Positions 49,830 through 58,546 of a DNA stretch of 58,546 nucleotides are shown here, piece by piece (the first letter of the stretch is position 1; each line of letters starts with the position of its first letter). Origin of the DNA: Octopus bimaculoides (lineage: Eukaryota); NCBI RefSeq assembly GCF_001194135.2, contig NC_068984.1, forward strand, positions 75,823,937-75,882,482. The letters are read 5' to 3'. The position numbers and the translations under genes are program-made. Below the pieces are notes generated by a model. It searched no databases and was not told the origin of the DNA. It was given only the letters and a program-made list of their open reading frames with translations.

Positions 49830-49982
49830 CATAGTTCTGTGGTAAGAAGCTTGCTTCCTAACCACATGGTTTCATGCTCGGTCCCACTGCATGACATTTT
49901 GGACATGTAACGTCTTCCACTATATCTCCGGGCCGACCAAAACCTTGAGTGGATTTGGTAGATGGAAACTGGAGAAAGTCTG

Positions 49983-50071
<89 letters not shown>

Positions 50072-50190
50072 GTCGCCCACCACTGCCTGACAACCGGTGC
50101 TGGTTTGTTTACACTTCTTTAACGTAGCGGTTCGGCAAAAAGAATAAGTATCAGTCTTTAAGGAAAGATAAGTAGAGGGGTCGACTTGTT
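49830..50190 (+). mobile_element. SINE family B with long internal (TG)n
   Basis: GTGGTAAGAAGCTTGCTTCCTAACCACATGG...GGCCGACCAAAACC...(TG)n...GACAACCGGTGCTGG...GCGGTTCGGCAAAAAG. Confidence 0.88.
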
Positions 50191-51369
50191 CAATACCCGT
50201 GAAGAGTGAAGTATATGTAATTTTGACTGACGCACCATTAAGCTAAGCAGCTTTGACTGGCGTAGATCATCGTTTTCTTAGCATTCCGGAATTTTCATGA
50301 TCACTAACGCTGCTACCACGATTACCCCTATCGCCACCACCATCCCCACCGCCACCGTCATAGAAAGACAGCCATAGAATTAACACTGCGGCTGTTGTTG
50401 TTGGTGGTGGTGTTGGTGGTGGTGTTACCACTGTCGTCATCACTACATTCGCTAACAACATCAGCAACAACAACAACAACACTACAAGTGATGTGGAAAT
50501 TATATGGCATAAATAAAGACATTAAGAAACCTAAACTGGAAGACCACTCACAATTATGCCCACACACAGTCTCTCTCTCTTCCTCACACACACGCGCGCG
50601 CGTGCATACACACACACACACACATATACACGCACGCACCCACATACGCACATATATACAAATACATATATACATATGCACACACAAACACACACTGTTT
50701 CGGTAGAAAACACATTAAATAAAAACTAAATAAAAAATGGTGTCCGCCAAATCAGAAAGATCCACACACACATACACGCATACAGAAATATTAATATACC
50801 TTATACAGACTATACACATACATACGCACGCACGCACAAATGCACACTGGGACACGCACACATACATACACACACAAATATAATACATATAATATATATC
50901 CACATAGGAACACACATGCACATACGCAAGTACGTACCCTCCGCTACACGCACACACACACACACGCACAGGCAATTGCTCTCATATACAAGCTCCCACT
51001 CGGTCCGTCGGGCTAAATATAGGTCAACAGTTTGAAAGTAGGTCAGTAATTTCACAGTTGACTGGACCATGACCCTCCTTCCCGGCGAGATATGATAACC
51101 TGATTACATTACAAACACTCGTTAGTTGCCTTCAGTCAGTGGACTGCGGCCATACTGGTGCATCAATCACCTTCAGATGTTTTAGTCCATCATATTAACG
51201 CATATGTCTCATTTCGATCTGCTGCTTATTTTCATAATCACAGTCGGACCGCTAGGTTAAAAGACATAAATGGACACAACATTAGTAACACCGGTTAATA
51301 GACCGGTGCGAAAACATAAAGACAGATACCTAAGCATACATACATACGTCCATACAAATTTTACGTACA

Positions 51370-51402
<33 letters not shown>

Positions 51403-51404
<2 letters not shown>

Positions 51405-51606
51405 TCGCCATGATAGATCGCTAGCCACTACACATACTTTATTTTCTCTCCTTGTTTCTTTCTGTGTTCCTTTTTGTGAAAGAGCGTAGGCTCGAAACGT
51501 TAAAGACTTTTTCACTTCCCGAGCGCCATACTAATACATCTGTTTGTTGTCTACACCACCTGTCTTCGTCTTCTGTTTTTTTGTTTTTTTTTGTGAATTG
51601 TCCCTA
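51403..51606 (+). mobile_element. ~200-bp (CATA)n-flanked element carrying a hammerhead-like motif
   Basis: Unique pyrimidine-rich sequence between two (TACA)n runs; no ORF. A PLE pLTR origin is inferred. Confidence 0.55.
51470..51505 (+). ncRNA. Minimal type-I hammerhead-like motif (U3-A8, U6 variant)
   Basis: CTTT-TTGTGAA-A-GAGC(GTAG)GCTC-GAAA-CG-TT-AAAG: 4-bp stem I, perfect stem II with G10.1-C11.1, palindromic ACGT stem III, GUU triplet. Confidence 0.6.
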
Positions 51607-51807
51607 TATACATACATACATACATACATACATACATACCTTATTTTCTTAAAATCGTAAATTTAAAACACTGCTTGGGGATAAGCACTACTTTTGTTGT
51701 AGTTGCTTTTGGCTTGGGATGATAGGGTGGGTTCACTTGCTTTTGCAAGCAAAGTTGACCTCGGCGAGATTTGAGGTTAGAAAGCAAAGAAGTCAATAAT
51801 AATAATG

Positions 51808-51871
<64 letters not shown>

Positions 51872-51912
51872 TAATAATAACAATAATAATAATAATGATA
51901 ATAATAATAATG

Positions 51913-51970
<58 letters not shown>

Positions 51971-51971
<1 letters not shown>

Positions 51972-52525
51972 TGCCCTGATGCAGTACCAGGCACTGTTTC
52001 TCATGGCTTCTGATCTTAACTGATTGGAAGCGTTATCATGTACATTGTTTTGTCTTGGTATAAAAGTTGAGCTACAGCAAATATTGTGCTCAATATCACA
52101 GATTTGCTTGTCATTTGTTGGACCTTAACCAGTTGAGCATGTCCCTTAGTGGCTGACGATGTGTGTATCTCTTATCACAAGCAGGAGTAGTTGAGGAGCA
52201 TCATAGCCATGTGTTGAGAGGAATTCTGTGGGTTTTGAATAATTCACCTCTGGAAACATGGGCGTTTTGTTCACATCCTTAAACAACCGTTATTCAAGGA
52301 CAATTTGAGCGGGATGGACTACTCGATCTGAAGAAAATTCTAACTGGGCCCCACCTGCAAGGTCATGCGTTGTTTATCTTGATAAGAGATCACCATGTCA
52401 TGCACATATGGTTGTGATGCATGTGCCTGGTGTACCCTTATCAGACGGGTTGTCATGATAGGTGTACTGGGCTTCGTATATTTTGCCCTAGTGTCACTTT
52501 GATGGCGTGCACTGCTCTTTCACTC
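51971..52525 (+). mobile_element. 555-bp non-coding element embedded in (AAT)n (longer copy)
   Basis: Begins TTGCCCTGATGCAGTACC directly after (AAT)n and ends CACTC-(AAT)n; no recognisable ORF or Pol III boxes. Confidence 0.75.
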
Positions 52526-52549
52526 AATAATAATAATAATAATAATAAT

Positions 52550-52963
52550 CACTTCTCTGAACTTAACCAGTTGAGCATGTCCCTTAATGGCTAACGATAT
52601 ATGCATCTCTGATCATGAACAGAAGTAGTGGGGGAGCATCATGGCCATGTGTTGAGAAGAATTCTTAGAGGTTTGAATAATTCACCTCTGGAGACATGAT
52701 TGTTTTGTTCAACATCCTTAAACAACCCTTATTCAGGGATCTTTTCAGCGGGATGGGCTACTCGACCTGAAGAAAATTCTAATTGTGCCCCACCTGCAAG
52801 GTCATATGCTGTTTATCTTGATATGAGATCACCATGTCGCACACATATGGTTGAGATGCATGTGCCTGGTATGCCATTATCAGACGGATAGTCATGATGG
52901 ATAAACTGAGCTTCGTTTATTTTACCCAGTGTCATTTTGATGGCATGCGCTGCTCTCTCACTC
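52550..52963 (+). mobile_element. Tandem, 5'-truncated second copy of the same element
   Basis: 52562-52963 aligns with 52124-52525 (about 85% by eye) and has the same CACTC-(AAT)n end. Confidence 0.85.
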
Positions 52964-52973
52964 AATAATAATA

Positions 52974-53038
<65 letters not shown>

Positions 53039-54159
53039 CTATTTTTTAATTTTATTTTAACAAAAAACAATGACCTGAAATACACAACCCCAGATGAAAC
53101 ATCATGTGTAATTTTCTGGGTGTACGAATACGAGTAAAATATCTACTTTTATCCAAAACGCTGAGCAGTTGTAAAACATTTGAAGTGAAACTTGAGAACT
53201 GCCGCACAGCAGGGCTATCAAGAAAAGGAATTAGAGAAAGAACTAATCTTACAGACCAACTAGAAGAGGAAAGAATACCGAATCACTGCCAGGACCTAAA
53301 CAAAGTTCCCAATCCTTTTTTCTTTTTCTTTTTATAAAATTTTGAAACAATTACGTCATTCCCACACAAAATATCTAACAGGTGCTGTCGATATCTTTAA
53401 CTAACCTTCTGAAACATCACGTTGTTTTACAACACAATTATTTTTTTAAAGAACAAAGGAAAAAAATGACAGCAAATCCCTAGAAACTATGAAGCAAATA
53501 AGCTGTCTACCATCTTTTGTGCAAGGTATTTACATTAATCTAAGAGAGGTGCGCACACATATTTCGCATCTGTAATGAATTTCGTAAGCTACGAGGCTTC
53601 GTTGCTGCACGCTCCATTTCAAGACTCCGTTTTTATGAGGCAACAACGGAGCCTGCAGATAAGTAATTGTTTTACTAGCTGAGAGTAGAAGTGTAATCTT
53701 TCTCAAATCATATCTTATTTTATTAAAAAAAAAAATTAAAAAAAGCCGTATTGAATTATGTAAGTCACATAAAATCACTACTTACAAAAAACAAGACGGA
53801 AGGGTCACGATTAGAATATCTTTGATCATAGGACTGCTCAAATCAGAGTTGACTTTGAAGCTAAATAACTACAATAATTTATCTCAATACTATAAGCTGA
53901 ATGGTATAGCACTCATCAGTCACACAATGTTCCTGCTTAGAACAACTGTTTCTTTGACGACCGGTAATATCATTTTTCCAACTAAGTGGATTTTGATTAT
54001 TTGGTCATCAAATATGTTAGTTACGATCACGAGGCAATGGCGTTGACACGATTTCAACCGTTGAATCTTTGGCCGACAGTATGAAATCTAATTGACCTGG
54101 CCAACTGTAGCTGTCATATCTGTAACATGACTGTCGTCAATACAGAGGTTGTGAATTGG

Positions 54160-54475
54160 TAGAATTTTTGGACAAATTGTCTAGTGGTATTTAGTTAGAC
54201 TTATTAGGCTCTGGATTCAAAACCTTACAAAGGCCAACGTCACCTTTCTTACGAGAGACAATGAAATAAGGTAGGATTATACGGCGGAGAATGGTCAAAA
54301 TCGTCAGAGTTTTCGACAAAATACCTTGCAATATTTGTTTAAGCTATGGCGGCAAGCTGACAGAATCATTAGCACAGATCGATAAAATAAGTACCAGTTG
54401 AGGACATATGTCGATATAATCGACTCACCCCCTCTTCCGAAATTGCTAACCTTGTGCAAAAACTTGAAACCAATA
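54160..54475 (+). mobile_element. Two tandem degenerate family A SINEs
   Basis: Heads at about 54160 and 54345 (GGCGGCAAGCTGACAGAATCATTAGCAC); the second is internally deleted and ends AAACTTGAAACCAATAT. Confidence 0.65.
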
Positions 54476-55588
54476 TTTGCTTAAGCTCTTTACGTTCTAG
54501 GTATCCAGGTATGTATGGCAGATTGTTTATATCTTGCTGGTAAGATGTCACTTAAAAAAAAAAATTAATAGATGTGACGAATATGAAGTTATTAGGACAT
54601 TGCAAATCAATGAAAATCAAAACAGTGATATTCTTTTATTCTTTTATACGCTTCAGCCCTAAGGCTGTGGCCATGCTGAAGCATCTCCATTCATTCTTAA
54701 CAAGTCCGAGTAGATTTAGACTTGAATAAAGAATTTTACTTGTGGATCGCGTCTTCAGAGAACTAGAGCGAAAGGCCTTATTCGCGTCCAAGTTTGCTGG
54801 AACGTGTTAAGAATGAATAAACATAATTGATTTGATTCCGACTGTTTTGCCTGCTCGTAATCACGTGTGTGCGTGTATGTGTTTGTGCGTGTATGTGTGT
54901 GCGTGTATGTGTGTGTGCATGTATGTGTGTGTGCGTGTATGTGTGCGTGTATGTGTGTGTGCGTGTATGTGTGTGTGCGTGTATGTGTGTGTGTGCGTGT
55001 ATGTATTATATATATATATATATATATATGCATAAATAAATTTATATATTGTATATAAGTATCTATCAATTTATCTATCTATCTATACATATACATATAT
55101 ATACATATATGTAAGTATGTATGTATATATGTATATATATATATATACACACACACACACATACACATATTCTTGAAGAATTGTGGTAATTCGTAATACA
55201 TGACACCATTGGTAGCACAGTTAATCCGGTCAATAAAGAATATTTATCCACCAGATGCAATGTCGAGCACTCATTCTCACTGCTCGATACAATCGTATTG
55301 TGTATGCGTGTGTTTGTATGAGTACGTGTGTACGTGTGCGCGCGCGTGTATTTATGTGTATATTAAACGTAGATATATTTGAGGTTGGCAAATATTTTAC
55401 ACATACTTAAATTTAGTAGAGTGAGAAGAAGTAAAGTCATTCAACATGTATCAGTAAAATAAAGATACAAAATAAGTATATTTCACAGGTGGTGCGTCGT
55501 TGATCCACAATACTGATGTTTAGGCAATTAACATCTTGACAGTTTGGACATGATAGAGCAGATCAGAACATAGATCATTAAGATGGGT

Positions 55589-55695
55589 AACAAAGCCAGA
55601 AAGCTCCTCAATTGACGATAGAATGTCCCATCCATAATTAGATATCACCCGACTGTACATCCTCTACATTGCGAGAAAGAGGGGAAAGACTTGTG
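55589..55695 (+). pseudogene. Very degenerate R4-type RT C-terminal fragment
   Basis: NKARKLL...RMSHP*LDITRLYI..ARK..G resembles the conserved KTRKLL...HP.AD..RLY..R..GGRGL block of R4/NeSL-like elements. Confidence 0.5.
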
Positions 55696-56954
55696 TAGAT
55701 CAACACCTTGACATTTCAGTAAGTAGAACTAATTCGTATCAACTCACGACTTAAGAAAGTAATCAAGTGCACTTAAACAGAGAAAGGGAAAGAGAGAGAC
55801 AGACAGACAGTGACAGAGAGGGCATCGACAGTTTCTCTTAGCAATAGCTTAACCAAAATACTCGATAAACCTGGGCTTACTGAACCGTCAGCAACACCTA
55901 AACTAATACATCTGGCTGATTTGTTAAAGTGGGAATACAGAAATAAACCTCGTCAATCTTCTACTGAGGAGTTTCTATAAGGTATAAGTACAAACATCCA
56001 CAGTTCTTCTAGTCTCTGAAATACGATGGCAAATGATAATCATTAATTGATATCTCTATTGGGAAGTAAACTTCTTGATGTTTTATCGCTGTTACAGACC
56101 CATTTGCATTTTTATTTTCAATTATTATTACGTTTTTATAAATGTGGGCAAAAATGCTTTTTAAAAAATCAGCTGATTGTCGAAGATAAATGAAAGTACT
56201 ATTGAGAAATTTTAATGAAAAGTATCTGGACTATAGAAAACTATACTTAAGTACGAACCAAGACGGGGATCTGAAAGCGATCAAACGACACTCTTCATAT
56301 TAAAAGTAGGAAGTATACATTCGATATAGTCCTAGATTTAAAATACTTAGGGGAAAATGTAATGATCATAGTTTAAACAACTTTGATTTTGGGCATGCTC
56401 AATCAACGTTGAGCTGAAACTAAACAGCAACAACAACAACAGCAATATAAAAGTAAATTAAAATTCGTGTACACTGCTATTTGCATTCGATTATATTACA
56501 TATGTTTATCTTCGTTTGTGCTTAAAATGTACAAACAGGTATTCGTTTAACTCGAAGGAACAAAATGCAATTTATGGATTTATTATGTCATAACAGAAAC
56601 TAGATATATTCCTTAAATGACACGATTAGATCTGACTAATTTGTCGTTACCAACTTCGGAAGCAAATTGCATTGATAAAATGAAAATAACAACAGGGCTT
56701 CACATAAGTAATATATTGTGTGTGACAAAATTTATTGAAATTAGATGATTGAGCAATTAAAAAACAAAAACTCAATCTGTCAGTATTTCAAATCTAAAAA
56801 TAACAATTAGGGGGAAATAACTGAAATAAAAGTTTTCGGACAACATACACAACACAGATCGGAGTGAATCTGGTTTTTAAAGCCAACTGGCGAAACGATG
56901 AGCGGGTTCTAATCTGTACATGTTATACTTTCTCAGTGAAATATATTCGATTCG

Positions 56955-57500
56955 ATTTCCTGTCGGAAGTCACCTGAGGACGTGGCACTGACAAGCCGCA
57001 AAAATGGTGAAATGTGCATTTTACACTTTCGTGATCACTTACGACACGAGTTTATTTCGTCTGGTTCTGAAGTATATGGTGGTTTTTAACACATGAAGTC
57101 TTTAAGGGGATCTTTCCAGAGACGACCACTACAGCCTCTGACTTTTCGACGATATACATACGTCAAGTATGCCATATAAAATTTTAATCTTGAGTCGCTT
57201 CTATTGCATAATTTTAATTTTATTCACCTTGCGAATCGTTTATCCACTGTTTCTTTATACTTCAAACTGAATGAGACAGCTTCGTGTCGGAACTGATCCA
57301 CGTGTGTTGCATTGACGAGACGCAAAAATGGTGAAATGCACAACTTTCACTCTCGCAGTTACTTCTGGGACAATTTCGACTGTCTCTGAAGTATATTGAG
57401 GTTTTTAACACACTAAGTTTATAAAGGGATATTTTCCCAGGCGACCACTGCAGCTCCTGATTTTTCAATGATAGAAATACGTTAAGTATGTCATATAGAT
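56955..57500. repeat. Diverged tandem duplication, period 319-324 bp
   Basis: TGTCGGAA (56961/57285), CGCAAAAATGGTGAAATG (56997/57321) and GAAGTATA...CATATA (57069-57178/57388-57497; 22 mismatches in 110 nt). Confidence 0.9.
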
Positions 57501-58546
57501 AAAGATATTCTATTTAGTCGGCAAGACTAAGCATGACCAATAAATACATAGAAATAAGGAGAATATAGTGATACTGATTGCGTATATTAATAATATGGCT
57601 AGGAGAAAATACTTCAAGGGAAGGTTCAAGATACCAAATGCAAATACGGTGGAGTTACATATATGTAATATAATGCATTGAAATACTCCGATGAATGGAG
57701 ATTATCCATGCAATTAATAAATAAAAAGCTCTTCCGAGAAGTATTTAAAGATCTAAAAACAACAAGCGATAACTCGAATAAAATCAGTTGACAGAATTTT
57801 TTTTTTTTTTTTTGCTATGTAAATAATGTAAATTTAAAAGGATCTGGTCTTTAAGAAACAACTTCTAAAAGCTGATTATCCAACCAGACGTATTAGGATT
57901 TCCACAATACAACATTCGAAGCGATGCAAATTCAGATGAGTTAGTTAATCTGTCTGATTTAGAAAAAATTAAGATTGATAAATTTATGATGTACAAAGTG
58001 TACTGTGTTACCATTATCCCCCTTCATCCGATGTAGCTAACTTCATAAAAAGTAAGTGCATGTGTTCAATTTACTTGCTTCATTGATTGACTGCTCGCTT
58101 GTCTACTTTAGTTTCTCACTAACTCTTTAACTAGAGAACTCTTGTCATGCATGGGCACCATTTTTCCAGATTTGCTCTTTTAAGTAAACTGTTGTGTTTA
58201 GCTCTAGATCAGCTCTGATCGAGCAGTCATGTAATCAAAGGTATTCTAGTCATGACCACCTCGTCTTTTTAGAAGAATATCTAGGACTATGATAACAAAC
58301 GTGTTCATTTTTTCCAGAGCAGTAGGTTGCGATAGGGAAGAAATTTAGCTGTTGTTTCTAACTAGTTCACCAACCACGGAGTGGACTCTTGTTAGTTCGC
58401 GAGTTATTTAAACAGATGGTTGCTGAGCTACATGTTTTATGAAAACCGAAATCGGTTACACGAAAAATGCGAGAAGAAAATGCATTTTATAAAAAGAAAA
58501 CAAACTATCATAGAAATACCTATACATGTATGTGTGTGTGTGCGTG

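Noticed and set aside
53530-53778. 82-aa minus-strand ORF with a possible acceptor (TTATCTGCAG)
   Set aside because: No recognisable domain and no linked exon.

Overview
Eukaryotic, AT-rich, repeat-dense draft-assembly DNA with many N gaps. The SINE families, microsatellite load and TTAGGG repeats resemble an Octopus (coleoid cephalopod) genome; this is my recognition, not a database result. I cannot support any intact protein-coding gene: almost all ORFs in the track are microsatellite translations or transposon relics. Supported content: (i) one probably functional tRNA-Leu(CAG) and two decayed paralogues; (ii) relics of Penelope-like elements (RT, GIY-YIG), mariner transposase, a Tx1/L1-type LINE with a 19-bp TSD, an RTE-type LINE ending in three C2H2 fingers, and four R4/Dong-type (RLE) fragments, three abutting (TAA)n arrays; (iii) many tRNA-derived SINEs of about three families; (iv) MITEs, including two copies of an 8-bp-TSD, GG-terminated element carrying internal (TTAGGG)n. 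The most interesting unannotated signals are three minimal type-I hammerhead ribozyme motifs (two with the compensatory U3-A8 core), the telomere-repeat MITE, a microsatellite-targeted retroelement assemblage including a non-coding 555-bp element, head-to-head SINE pairs spaced 19-21 bp, and a ~320-bp tandem duplication whose divergence looks codon-constrained. Coordinates of SINEs and old relics are approximate.
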